Notes: generated by a model from the sequence alone, not told the origin. Counted from the first letter of the whole stretch, positions 36,186-48,415 are shown. The stretch is 57,404 nucleotides of DNA, filler included, from Hydrolagus affinis (GCA_012026655.1; 3 parts of 3 records of this genome joined end to end with filler, not necessarily neighbours in it); one strand, 5' to 3'. Translations and numbers: made by a program.

Positions 36186-37287
36186 CTGGGTTTGTAACAA
36201 GAAAAGATGAAACTTAGATATGATTTGTGCCACGGCAATAAAAAAAAGTCAGGTTTTAACTATCCACTCTCATTAATTATCTTCAATATCTCAAAAACCC
36301 ATTGTGGTATCACTTTTTCTCTCATTCTGGGCACAAGAACCCTGGCTGACCAAATGATTTCCCTACTGAGGTCAATATCATTTTATTACAATAACATTAA
36401 TCCCAAATTGAGAAACATTTACAAAATGTAGAACACTTTTATGTGTCCTGTATTTCCATTATTTTTCCTTATTATTTCCCTGCCTCCAACACCAAGCAGG
36501 GAATGAGGGAGAAAAGGTGTGGGAGGTGATTGTAGGCATGGTCAAAGAATAGGTTTACAGGAATGTTTCAAAAGACAAAGAAGTTGGGGGATTTAGGGAG
36601 GGACTTCAATGGGATGGAGTGAGCAGCCAGGAAGATTGAGGTATGAGAACCAATGGTGAGGAGGCACTGGTGAGAGCTGAGAAGATTGGCTGTCATTTTG
36701 TTCAAGTTGAGTTGAAGAAAATGACCAATTCAGGAGGTAGATTTGAGGATTATGAGCATATACATAAAAATGTAGTCCATGAGCGTGGATGACATCAATA
36801 AGAAGGGACATGTAGATGAGGGAGATGGGGGAAATGAAGGGACTGAAGATAGAGTCTAAGGTTTGTTCTGGGTTACTTTCTGGGGGAAAAGGAGAAACAA
36901 CTTGAAGAAATGAAACAGAGATAATAGTTCAGATAGGACTAGAATAATCAGGAGAGTCCATCCCATGAAGGTGAATGAGAGAGGAGAGATGATCAAAGAG
37001 GATTGAATGGTCGACAGTATAAAAAACAGCAAAGAAAGATTAAGGAAGACAAGTGACTAAAACTACATAATTTGCATCTCAAAGGTGAGCTGTTTGGATT
37101 CTGTGAGAAGGATAGAAGCTGGACTACTTTATATTAGTACCTTGTATTGGTGTAGGACGTAAAATCTATAAACAGATTTAATTTCTCTACACTCATTCAT
37201 TTATCCCTGGTTTAAGTGAGAACAAGCAATGATAACTGTAAATCAAAATTTAAGTGAAAATTACATTACTCTCAAAATAGAGCTTAC

Positions 37288-37614
37288 CATAATTTGATTT
37301 TTGAAATGATATTTCAGCTGTAATGGTATCAGGAAATATTCCGTACTTCACAGTACATTTATATTTGGCATTGTCATCGATTACTTCATCCTCTGATGAT
37401 ACAACATTCAATGTACTGAAAACATTAAACGTCCCATCTTTGTTTCTAACAGGAGCTTCAGTTGAAGTATTACTTAAAACATGTTCTGTTTTTCCTTGTG
37501 ATGTTTTGAACCAACTTATCTCAAGTTTCTCGGGATGAAATCTGCTAACTTCACATCTGATTGACCTCGATGAACCCTTGTTACCAGCAGTGGACAAGCT
37601 GATCTCTGGCCGAG
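37288..37614 (-). CDS. NCR3LG1: B7-H6-like gene: C1-set exon
   Basis: 327 nt, phase 1-1. RCEVSRFHPEKLEISW..PVRNKDGTFNVFSTL..YKCTV matches the B7-H6 C1 pattern (CE.SGFYP..I.I.W..N.DGTFNV.S.L). Confidence 0.9.
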
Positions 37615-37889
37615 CTGTGGAGAAGAAAAACGGGTTATGCAAGATGAGAATGAGTTGGAAGGAGGCAGGGTAGAGAATATTTACTAGGATTATACCTGGA
37701 GTTAATGGTTTGACCTATGAGACCAGAGGAAATGTGACTTTGTTTGTTGGAACATAAAATGGTGAGAAGTGACCTGATAAGAGATCCTTAAAATTATGAG
37801 GGGATGTGATAGAGTAAATAATCGGGAGAAATTATTTCCACTGGTTAATGAGTCAGTAACTAGAGGGCATAAATTTTAAGTTAGTAAAT

Positions 37890-38845
37890 GAGCAAATGGG
37901 AGGCTGTAAGAGGAGCTATAGAATCTTTATTAAAATTATTGTTTGATACCCCAAAGTGTATGTGAAAACTGGAATAATCTTGATTGATCTTAAGGAATGC
38001 AAGACAGAGAGTTTGGACCAAATGGAGTGAGGTTTGTGTTTGTGAGTTTTATGATTGTGTTGATGAAGACTTGGTGGATAGGTGTTATTCCTTTCTTTAT
38101 TTGGAATGATGGTGTATAACAGTCTATCTCAAGTCAATAAAATGGACAATGTGTTGATGTAAGAGACTACGAAGAAGACCTGAAGTCAACATTCACAAGA
38201 TCAGAAATGTGTATAGCTTCAAGTTAACCTGACACTGTCCTGATTAATTGTTGACTCTTGGTGCCTTCCAGTCTGCTTGGATGAGATCTTCAAAGGATAT
38301 TACGATGTGAAGGTGTCAAGAAAGGACAATTAACTGTCGAATTGAACTCTTCAAATATGGTATCAGAGGAACTCCAACTTCCTGAGATTAAAACCCTGAT
38401 AAACCTTGGGGCATCCCATGTGTGGTAACCCGATTGGATGGATCAGTTCAGGAATATGAGTGAACAACAAACTGTGAACTTTGATTGGGTAGAATGGCCT
38501 CTGCCTACACCTTATTTCATCATCACGTTTCCAAATTTGGGGTATAAAAGAATAAAGCAAATGTTAAGAATTTGGACACCATTGGGATACCATTGGGACA
38601 CTGTTGAGACAGTATCAGTCATTGTGAGATAGTGTATCCTATGGTCCATGTGGGTTCATAGCTAAACAATTAGCCAAAGGATTATTGGTGTGTTGGTGTC
38701 CCCAGCGAAGGTCGAGGTGAGCCTGCCCTGAATCATCTTCTGCAGTTGTAACAGTTTAATAACCGTCTTTATAATTAATAAATTAACCCTTTGATTTATC
38801 CATTGCTTCTGTACTATCTTACCTCAGGGTCGTACAACATAAAAA
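37890..38845. mobile_element. ~0.9-kb LTR-like insertion interrupting a CR1 3'UTR fragment
   Basis: CR1 sequence stops near 37886 and resumes near 38846. The insert has tataaaag and aataaa motifs and ends ..caaca. I could not resolve a clean TSD. Confidence 0.4.
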
Positions 38846-39287
38846 CCCTCCAAGGCTAGAAGAAATGATTTCATGCACAGAGTTATTAAGATATGGAATG
38901 CCCTGCCAGGTATACTGTACTTCAAAAGGGAACCAGACATAGCCTACAAAGGGTCCCCTACAGGGATACGGGAAAAGAGTAGGTAAATGGGGCTGAAAGG
39001 ATTGTTCTTGAAGGAGCTGGCACAACACAATGCGGTATTTGCAATGGCAAAAAATTCTATGGTTCCAAATTCCAATAAATCCATCAAATGCTGGAGTTAC
39101 ACAGAATGATATGGTATGGAAACAATTCAGCCCAGCTAGTCCATGTCAAACATTGCTGGATTAATTAGATGAAATTATTTTCTCTTTCATTGACAGGTGC
39201 ACTGGAACAATAAATTTAGCTATACTAAGTAGAATTTCAGGCCGTGAGATGTGTTTTGGCAGCCTTGCCATCTTTTGACAGCCTTAC

Positions 39288-39638
39288 CTATCAGCTGCAG
39301 CTCTGCACTCTTTTCTTCACTTTCTGGGGTAATATAAACAGTGCAGGTGTATACACCACTCTCCTCCATCTGTATAGATGGTAGATAAAGTGAGGCATTT
39401 CCTTCCAGTATTTCTTCATCAAAGATTTTTGCTCCAGGTCTTGTTATTGTATGCTTTCCTCCAGTGAATACATACAAGTTTTTTTTTATTCCACTTGAGT
39501 AAACCACGTTCCATGTAACAGCTACATGTTTGATTTCAAAGTCTGATTTATCGTAACCAGTTACTTTACAATTGAGGAGAACATCTGTATTTGCCAAAAC
39601 TTTCTTTGGGGAGTGAAATATCTCCAAATCCAAGGCAC
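39288..39638 (-). CDS. NCR3LG1: B7-H6-like gene: V-set exon (leader exon not found, probably beyond the spacer)
   Basis: 351 nt, phase 1-1. RPGA..GNASLYLPSIQMEESGVYTCTVYITP matches the B7-H6 V motif RPGA..[26 protein letters not shown] as I recall it. Confidence 0.9.
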
Positions 39639-40675
39639 CTATATACAGTACAAACAAAATATTTCAAACAGAATTAGTGGGCAATACACATCTTTCATAA
39701 GCACGATAGTCATTTAAAGTGATAAGATTTTGCTCACGAAGAGTATATTCTGTAAAGCCGCCTCAACGACATGATAATGCGCTAAATCAAATACAAGGGT
39801 TGTTATTATTATTATTTCAAGTGAGATTTACTTGCTTTACTCAGCAAACACTGGCCTGCCTCATGTATCCTGCCCTCTCTGCCCTTTCAGCTATTTCTGC
39901 TCTGGCACTCCCAGAATACCCACCTTCTCACTCCTTGTAACTGCAGAGTGTAACTAATGTGAAAGCTGAGATCCAATTAGCACACAAACAACCTTACTTT
40001 ATAAAACTCTACAACCATGACAACACTTCATTCAGGGTGCTGGCAAACCCCCTGGATATAATATGAATGCCTCCTTAACTTTCTTTTCTTAAAAAAAGAC
40101 TAGACATTAAAAACAAATTAACAATACAATTGATCTCTTTACATTATTTAGCTGAGGGAGAAATGAAACACAAAATGCACACAAAGTTAAGATCTTTATC
40201 TCTGACTTGGAAATTCCAACCATTCATGGCATTATCCAGGCTTTGAAGTCTTTTTCATTAAACCTCAAATCTATGCTTCGACCCATTCAGATTTCCCTAA
40301 CTCCACAATATTTCTCATTTCCATCACCACCACCTATTGGCGACAGAAAGCCTCATGTATACATTTACCATGTCTACAGCAACTCTGCTCACTCTACGGG
40401 CTTTCTTGACAAAGGAACGCTCTGTATTTTGCATTTCAAGGCGGGTTTCCCATTGCAAATGTCTGAAGTTACAGTACCGGTTATAATGGTAACTTGAGAT
40501 ATATTTGCAAGTGATGGAGAACAAACAAAGGTGAAGAAAAATATTTCTGTTTGAAATAATAATTATCAAATGGACAACAAAATTGTAAATGCTAAACCAC
40601 TATCAAATGCAATATTATAGTTTGCTCTAAAGGCTTCTTACTCTATCATGGGTACATCGTTTACACTCACATCAG

Positions 40676-40775
40676 NNNNNNNNNNNNNNNNNNNNNNNNN
40701 NNNNNNNNNNNNNNNNNNNTTAATTAATTAANNNNNNNNNNNNNNNNNNNNNNNNNNNNNNNNNNNNNNNNNNNN
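40676..40775. other. Artificial spacer (44N-TTAATTAATTAA-44N)
   Basis: Identical to 27279-27378. Confidence 0.95.
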
Positions 40776-41095
40776 CCATAAATTCACTACCCTCTGAATG
40801 AAGAAATGTTTCCTCAACTCTGTTCTAAAAGGCTGACCCTTAATTTTAAGACTGTGACCCCTGGTTATAGATTCTTCTACCAGGGGAAACAGTCCCTCAG
40901 TGTCTACTTTATCTAGCCCTTTAAGAATCTTATATGTTTCAATAAGATCCCCCCTAATTCTTCTGTACTCTAGAGAATACAGCCCTCATTTATTCAACCT
41001 ATCCTCATGGGTCAGTCCTCTCATCCCAGGAACTAACCTAGTGAATCTACGCTGCACCCCCTCTGAGGCAAGTATGTCCTTTTTTAAATAAGGAG
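40776..41095 (-). mobile_element. CR1 LINE 3' fragment truncated by the spacer
   Basis: Highly similar to 7430-7760. Confidence 0.88.
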
Positions 41096-41713
41096 ACCAT
41101 CTTCTAGACATCTTCTAGACGCCTCAAAGCGCTTCACAGAATATACTGTAAATTGAATTGACTGTATATTTCTGGATAAAGTTCCTTTATAAGTTTCAGA
41201 TTGGTCAAGTTAAACAATGACTGTATATGTTCTGGGTGAGCTGACCACAGACTGTTGTTTCCTAATGTTGCTATCAGTTGGTGTTGGAATAAGTTACTGG
41301 AAAGATGAGCAACACTTTCTGAAGCATTGCTTGATATTTGTATGATTGATTTCCAAATATCTCTGATTGACAACCGCTCAGCATTAAACACGTACATACA
41401 TTGGTTGAGCTGTAACTTTGCAGTCTGTGTTTATCCGTATATCTGACCAGATTTACCAAATCAAATCTTTGTGATCAGAAACTGAGCGACACAGTGCGTC
41501 TGCGAGGCCATCTCCTGCTAACAATGGGAGGATCAGGTCCCAATTTCCTCATGTTCTACAGATCCATAAACTTGGTTTCAAAGCTCATAACGTGCATTGT
41601 TCCCAGTAAAATATCCCAAAGGGTACAACGTAAATTGATGCTCTGACCACTGAGCTACAAGACCCCACGCGTGAATTTGAAAGGAAACTGAGAGCCAGGT
41701 TGTTGCCATGTGT

Positions 41714-41982
41714 TGAGGACTTGGTGATATTCTTGACAATGATGGTCTGGGTGGGGACATGGGTGTAAACCGCGTCCCTCCTCCAGTTCTGGCCGGGACA
41801 GTCAGCCGGCTACTGGTGCCGCTGGTCCCATTGTCTTCTTTAACCAATGGAGAGGTCACAACACCTGAGGCTATGGGCTGCCCGTCCTTCAGCCAGTCAA
41901 CCCTGAGTTTCTCTGGATGGAAAGCGGATATTAAGCAGACAGCCTCTTTAAGCAAACGCCTCTTCTTTCCCTGGGAGATGGC
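41714..41982 (-). pseudogene. Immunoglobulin constant-type (C1-set) pseudo-exon
   Basis: VCLISAFHPEKLRVDWLKDGQPIASGVVTSPLVKEDNGT..SSRLTVPA, then after a frameshift NWRRDAVYT-(Cys lost)-PTQTIIVKNITKS. The W..YT pattern is IgH/IgL-constant-like. Confidence 0.8.
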
Positions 41983-42051
41983 CTGTAGTGAGATACAGTG
42001 GATTATACACACTGTGTTTACTCTGATCACTGTCATGTCTCTGATCTCCAG

Positions 42052-42223
42052 GCTGGACAGCTGTTTGTCTGACAGCTGATTGTGCCGAGGATCTGATCTC
42101 CACTCTCACTACGAGCCGCTCACTGACACAGCTGGACCTGGGCGATATTAAACTGGGAGATTCTGGAGTGAAGCAAGTGTGTTAGGCTCTGAGGAACCCA
42201 GAGTGTAAAACACAGATACAGAG
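42052..42223 (+). pseudogene. NLR/ribonuclease-inhibitor-type LRR pseudo-exon
   Basis: ctccag acceptor, gtaac donor, 172 nt (171+1). LDSC/LTADCAEDLISTLTTSRSLTQLDLGDIKLGDSGVKQVC*ALRNPECKTQ, with TAG at 42183-42185. Confidence 0.85.
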
Positions 42224-43409
42224 GTAACAGACTGTGTCTCCAGAGATTGTGCGTGTATGAGAGAGGGAGAAAGGCACTGGATTCGAACACAGGTCTCACG
42301 CTTGTAAGGTGAGTGCTCTAACCACTGAGCTCCAGGAGCTGCTATAAGCAGCTGACAGCTGTGTTTCCTCCACAACATGTACAGTCACTCCACTTGACAG
42401 TATATTCTGTGAAGCACTTTGTGGCATCTCCACAGAATGAGAAGGTGTCTTATCAAGGGCAATGATTCTAATTATTATTAAAAGTGAGGACAGGACGAGG
42501 ATGTTGAATTTGATTGGTTGGGGAACAGGGAACGAGTGTATCTGGTCACAGAGCCTGCTGTGGGAGAGGACACGAGCTGCAGAGACCCGAACAGTCTGTA
42601 GCTTGTGGAGGAAAGAGCTGGGAAGCCCAGAGAGCAGAGAGTTGGTGAAGTGAAGCCGAGATGTGAGAACAGCATCAATAAGGCTAACAGTGGTCCCAGG
42701 GGAGAGGGAGAGGCATATATAAAATGTATAAAGTTTTACATCATAGAAGGAGGTCATTCGGCTGTTGTGTGGAGAGGCTTTCTGATCTTTATCAGCCTCA
42801 CTCTCCTCACTGCCCCCAACACATTCACCGAGTAAACAGATAAAATAAGTGATGAATGTAATTTAATTTAATCTGTAGCCTTTATTGCTTTATTTTAAAA
42901 GGTGCTTTATTTTAAAAGCATCTTGCAAATTAAGACTAAAACAACAACAAAGTTACATTTCTAGAGCGCCTTTCACGTCGGGAGGACGTCCCAAGGTTCT
43001 GGGACTAAGCGCTCTGAGACACCGTCCGGCGTGGAGGGCGCTATATAAATCAAACTTGTTGTTGTTGGGACTAGCATTTTTCCTCAATTTGGCAATGATT
43101 TATTACAGTCTATTCATATCCCATAAAATAAACAGTCACTAAACTTTGCAATGTATCCTGTAAACTGCTTTGAGACATCTGAACAATGCAATAAGGGGCT
43201 ATGTTAGGCACTAGGATTATTATTACATAAATTGCAATGAATTGATGACTATACCTATTTAATGATTAAAATGTTTTTAGGTATAAATGGCAATTAATTA
43301 ATGGTTATATTTTATTTATAAATATAGGTTAGTTCATGATATTTAAGATATAAATGGTGAGGAATTGATCATTATATTATTTGTATCAGTGATGATGAGT
43401 TTCTGAACC

Positions 43410-44484
43410 AAACTCCTCACCCGCACCAAACTTCATACCCCCATTACCCCAGTCCTTGCCAAACTGCTCTGAATCTCAATCACAGAGACGATTGACTTCA
43501 AGATCCTCCATTCCTCTGTGCATCCCTTCCTCTCTAGCCTCCACTCTCCTCACAACAGTACCCACTGCCTCAAATATGCTGTGTCCGGCCTCCTCCTTGT
43601 CCCCAGAATCCTCCACTCCATCATCGGCAGTTTTGCTTTCAGCCACTACACCCCGTAACTTTGGAAATCTCTCCCTCAACCTCTTCACCTCATTCCCTCC
43701 TTCCCGATCTTATATTTTGTGAAGCACTTTGAGGTCGGGAAGTCGTGAGAAGCGTTATATTAAACACAAGAATTATGATTCTTATATTCGAGTCACACTG
43801 GAAAGCCTTTCCCTTTGACCGCACCTGCAGTCACCTTCCCCCTCCCCCTGGCTCAGCCTCGGGCTCCGGCATTATTAAGCGCTTTGTGACTTTGCCAGGC
43901 ATGGCCGCCTCCATGTCTTTGTCACCTCTCAGCTGGACTATTCCAATGCCCTCCTCGCTGGTCTCCCCTCCACCACAATCCATAAAATCCAACTCATTCA
44001 AAACTCTGCCACCCACATTCTCAACCGCATGAAACTTCGCTCCCCCATTACCCCAGTGCTTGCCAGACTTCACTGACTCCCTGTCCCAGAGAAGATCGAT
44101 TTCAAGATCCTCACTCTTGTTCTCAAATCTCTCCACTCTTCTGCACCCCCCTACCTCTCTGACCTCCTCTCTCCTCAAACCAGCAGCCGTTGCCTTCACT
44201 CCACCGGGTCTGGCCTCCTCCGTGTCCCCCGAATCCTCTGCTCTACCCTCAGTGGCTGTGCCTTCAGCCACTACTCCCCGAGGCTCTGGAATTCCCTTCC
44301 TTACTCCCTTTGCCTCGTCCCCTTTCTTCCCAGTTTCAGGTCCCAGCTAAAAACCTTTCTCTTCAACCATGCCTTTGGTCACCTTTCTACCCCTGCCCCT
44401 GGCTTGGTCCTGGGATCCATTGTGAAATGCTCTGAGACGCCATCCGACGTGGAGGGCGCTATATAAATCGAAGTTGTTGTTGTT
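43410..44484 (+). mobile_element. Two tandem L2 LINE 3' fragments
   Basis: QLDYSNALL..SPITPVLA.LH.LPV..KIDFKIL motifs; (gtt)n tail at ~44475. Confidence 0.9.
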
Positions 44485-44583
44485 GGACGGCGCTATATAA
44501 ATGCAGGTTGTTGTTACTGTCGACTAAATTGGTTTATTTGCTTTGATACCTGTAATTCTGTTTGTGGCACATTTCGTATCTAT

Positions 44584-44900
44584 GGAGTCTAGTAGCTCAG
44601 TGGTTAGAGTACTCATCTTACAAGCATGAGATCTGTGTTAGAATCCAAGTAAGTCAGGGCAAAACCTTGGGCAAGTTTCATTCCTTCACACGCCTAATAA
44701 TAATCCCTCCAAAAAAACCACAATAATAAATTGGTCATTTCAATCCACGACTGTTTGTGGGATGCTGCTGTGCGCAATTGGCTGCCGCATTTTCGCTCAC
44801 AAATATACAATCAATTCACTTTACAATATATTCTGTGAAGGGCTTAGAGACGTCTTGAAGACATGAGAGATGCTATATCAAAATGCAAGGATTATTATTA
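44584..44900 (+). mobile_element. Full-length tRNA-headed L2-tailed SINE
   Basis: ggagtctagtagctcagtggttagag head through gcaaggattattatta tail. Confidence 0.85.
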
Positions 44901-45066
44901 TATTTATTAATATGTAGCTGGCTGCTATTTATTATATGGTAAATATTTCACTTGGGGGTTTAGCTGAATTGCTCTATGTAATATCTAGGTGATGAGTGTC
45001 AGTGTGTTCCCGGTGTGAGAATCTGTGTTGATGTGAAATGTGATGTATAAACAGTGAAGTCCTCAC

Positions 45067-45149
45067 TGCTCTCAGTGGGGCTGTCAATCAGCAATAAAAC
45101 TGCTGCCAGTATAATGGCTTTTGGGCAGATGTGTCTGTGGTTTCCCCAT
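45067..45149 (-). pseudogene. Possible frameshifted leader exon
   Basis: Removing one G from ATGGGG gives MGNHRHICPKAIILAAVLLLIDSPTES + phase-1 gtgagg donor (83 nt = 82+1). Confidence 0.35.
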
Positions 45150-46379
45150 TTCAGACCTCACTGGGGCCCAGTCTGACTGTAAGTGCTGCAGCTTCACTGT
45201 ATGTGTGTGTGTGTCTATGTAGTTTTGTCTGCATATAAGTGTGTTTGTGTATGTGTGTCTCACTGTGTCGGTCTTGTGTGTGTGGGTTTGTGTGTGTGTG
45301 CGTATGGAGACTTGCATTTGTATATATTTGTGTGTGAGTGTGCTTATTAACTGTAAGAACATAACAACATAAGAAATGCGAGATGGAAAAAGACATAAAT
45401 TCAATCTAGTTCACCTTCTTGTCGGTCATACGTATATATAATCCTGTGCTGTCTAGAATGTTATTTCCTAAAATAAAACTAATCTGTGTTTGAAGGAATC
45501 TACTCTTCCTGCTTCAACTGCCTCCCTAGAGAGCCTGTCCCACATGTTCACTATTTGCTCACTGATATAGTGTTTGCGAAGATTCATTCTGAATTTACAC
45601 TGCTTGAATTGTAGCTCATGTCCTCTGATTTTTACTATTCTGGACAGGTAGAAGTTTTAAATACAGCAATAATATCACCTCTCAATCTTCCAACAACAAC
45701 AACACAATTACACTTGTATAGCTCCTTTCACATTAGGAGGCGCTGGACAGTCATTGTTCCAGCGTGAAATACTCAAGTTACTTAGTGGCTCCTCAGAGTT
45801 CAATCTTTCCATTACCTCAATTATCTTGCTTACCCTCCTCTGTATATTTTCGATTTCTCCAATATCACGTTCACACTGCGGGAATCAGAACTATACACAG
45901 TTCTCTCAGTGAATTCTCACCAATGATTTATACAGTGGCAGGGTTATCCCACTATTTTGGCTTGTTATTGATATCTTGATTCATCCCAACATCTAGTTTG
46001 CTTTACTCATGGCCACAGAGCATTGTTGAGAGAGATTCAATTTATTGTCAATCAGAATCCCCAGGTCCTGATACACCAGGTTTGTCTACATAACAATCTC
46101 AATTTGTTAGTCTTTCGGGTGGAACCTTCAACCAAGTCCTCAATGTTTGGGTGGATATTAAATATTCTTTGACATTATTGATGAAGAGAAGAGAGTTGTT
46201 CTTTGTATCCTGGCCAGCAATATCCAGACTATGTGTGGGACACTGCTGTATGCAATTGGGTCCAGGTTTCTTCCAAAAAATATACAGTCACCACACTTTA
46301 AAATGTATTCTGTGAAGACTTTGAGATGTTTCAACAACGTGCTAAGACTGTCATTAAAAAGATTAAAAGGGTTAAACAC

Positions 46380-47220
46380 GTAGCTTAAATGGTTAAAAGC
46401 GTTGCTGAAAGAGTGGTGCGGGAGGGCAGGGGTTCCATTTTATATGCCATTGGCACCAGTATTGGGGAAAGGGGGAGCTGTTCAATTGGGATGGGCTAAA
46501 CCTAAACCGGGCTGGGACTAATGTCCTGGTCAAATCGTTAACTGGTGGGTAGACAGAGCTTTAAACTAATAAGGGCGGGGAGGGAGGGTTGTGGTTAAAT
46601 GTAAATCAACAAAGCAAAGACAAGGCTATAAAACAGTGTAGTGACTTGGGGGATCAAGAACAGAGTGTTTTAAGTAGGGACAAAGAGTTCAACAAAGTAC
46701 ATAGGGCAATAATGAGCAGGGGAGATAGTAAAAAGTTAGAATTAAAGGCGCTACAACTGTATGCACAAAGCATTCATAACAAGTTAGACAAATTAATGGA
46801 ACAAATAGAGATACCCTGTACATGTAAATGGTTATGATCTACTAGCCATTACTGAGATGTGGTTACAGGAAGACCAAGGTTGGGAGCTAAACATGCCAGG
46901 GTATTTGACATATAGGAAAGATAGGTAACACGGAAAATAAGGTGGGGTGGTAGCCCTGCTAATAAGGGATGAGTTAAAAACAGTGGAGAGGAAGGATCTT
47001 AAATCAGAAAATCTGGATGTAGAATCAGTATGGGTGGAGCTAAAAAACAATAAGGGGCAGAAAAAAATTAATAAATTTCTAAAGGGTAAAGGGATTAAGG
47101 GATATGGGGATGAAGCGAGGAGATGGAATTAGATTAGAAGATCAGCCATGATCTTACTGAACGGTGGGGCATGCTCAATGGGCTGAATGTCCTACTCCTG
47201 CTCCTAATTCCTATGTTCTT
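46380..47220 (+). mobile_element. Internally deleted CR1 LINE (ORF1 esterase end, EN start, 3' end)
   Basis: WDGLNLNRAGTNVL, LQLYAQSIHNKLDKL, ITEMWLQ..ELNMPGY, then CR1 3'UTR ending ctcctaattcctatgttctt. Confidence 0.82.
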
Positions 47221-47238
47221 AAAACACTAGTGGGTGTA

Positions 47239-47742
47239 CAGGTAGACTCTGCTTCACATTGCTTTTGTCAACATTGTTTCGTTATTGTACTGCTGATACA
47301 TAGGGAACATATATCCATTTAACGTTGCGAGGTTCGCTATTAGGTCATTCGCCATGGGTGGAAAGGGGGCACAATGGCACTAGGGCCTGTCCATCAAGAG
47401 AGTCGCAGGCAGGCTGGAGTGAACCAGGCCGCCAGTGAGAGAGAGGCAGGCTGGCAGCGAGTGAGACCAGCCAGCCGGTAGCGAGTGAGTTAGCCAGGCA
47501 GGCAGTCAGGGAGCGAGTGAGTGAGCCAGGCAGGTAGTCAGGGAGCAAGTGAATGAGCTGGGCAGGTAGTCAGGAAGTGAGTATAATGTTTTTTGAAGAA
47601 CATTGTGACAAAAAATATCCAAAAGAACCTAACTCCAGTTTATACATTAATTCTTATGGTAAAAATGTGTTTGCTTCATGTTGTTTCGCTTAAAGCCGCA
47701 TTTTTCAAGAACACAACTACGACGTTAAGCGAGGAATACCTG
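47239..47742. mobile_element. Tigger/pogo-type MITE with TA target duplication
   Basis: TA|CAGGTAGACTCTGCTTCACATTG ... CGACGTTAAGCGAGGAATACCTG|TA imperfect TIRs; internal GC-rich tandem repeat. A partial second right end lies at ~49315-49462. Confidence 0.7.
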
Positions 47743-48382
47743 TAGTTTAAAGACCTCTGAACAGTAGTTACAGTATTGGGCAGAGTATTATTCAGGAAAT
47801 TAGAGGAGCATCTAACAAGTGTAAAACAGTCATTACAGGGTGATTGACTTGGCCAGTTCAGGCCAACTGTGTGTCCTTCATTCCCCCCAACTCCACCATC
47901 ACTGGCTATACTTTCAGCTACTATGGCTGACCCTCTGATACTCTCTGTCTCAATGCCCCCATCTTGTCTCCTCTTCCCAGTCTCCTGATCACTCCTGAAG
48001 ACTTTCCTCTTCGATTGTGTTACTGTCACCTTACCTTTCTCCCTGTTTCCAAATCAAACTCTATAATTTTTAAGGTCTTAACCAAACTGTGGCTAAAGCT
48101 CCCAGGATTATATAGATATGATGTTTCCTGGAGTAATAGGTCCACTCCTGGTCAATGTCACACTTGGAGTACAACTCTGATCAGCCCACACCTGGAGTAC
48201 AAAAACAACAAAATGACACTTGTGTAGCACCTTTCACAAAAGGAGGAGTACTATGTACAGCTTTATCAGGCCACACCTGGACTACTTTAACACTGCTTTG
48301 TCTGCACATCCCTTTAGCCCGTACATCACATTGAATGGTTCTGAAAGTCTGTTTATTTCCACACTTGTGTTTCTGATTTCAG

Positions 48383-48415
48383 GTGGTTATGTGGATAGTC
48401 AGGCTCCCAGAGAAG
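48383..48415 (+). other. Orphan 33-nt exon-like segment
   Basis: Strong acceptor (ttgtgtttctgatttcag) and donor (aag|gtgagt); phase 1-1 reading GYVDSQAPRE. Parent gene unknown. Confidence 0.4.

Noticed and set aside
246-39638. Receptor-ligand linkage between the VJ-C1 gene pair and the B7-H6-like gene
   Set aside because: They are on different fragments separated by an artificial spacer, and the pair is V-C1, not single-V NKp30.
39660-40675. Leader exon candidates for NCR3LG1
   Set aside because: The hydrophobic stretches lack a phase-1 donor, and the one phase-1 candidate (MVVEFYK) is not a signal peptide.
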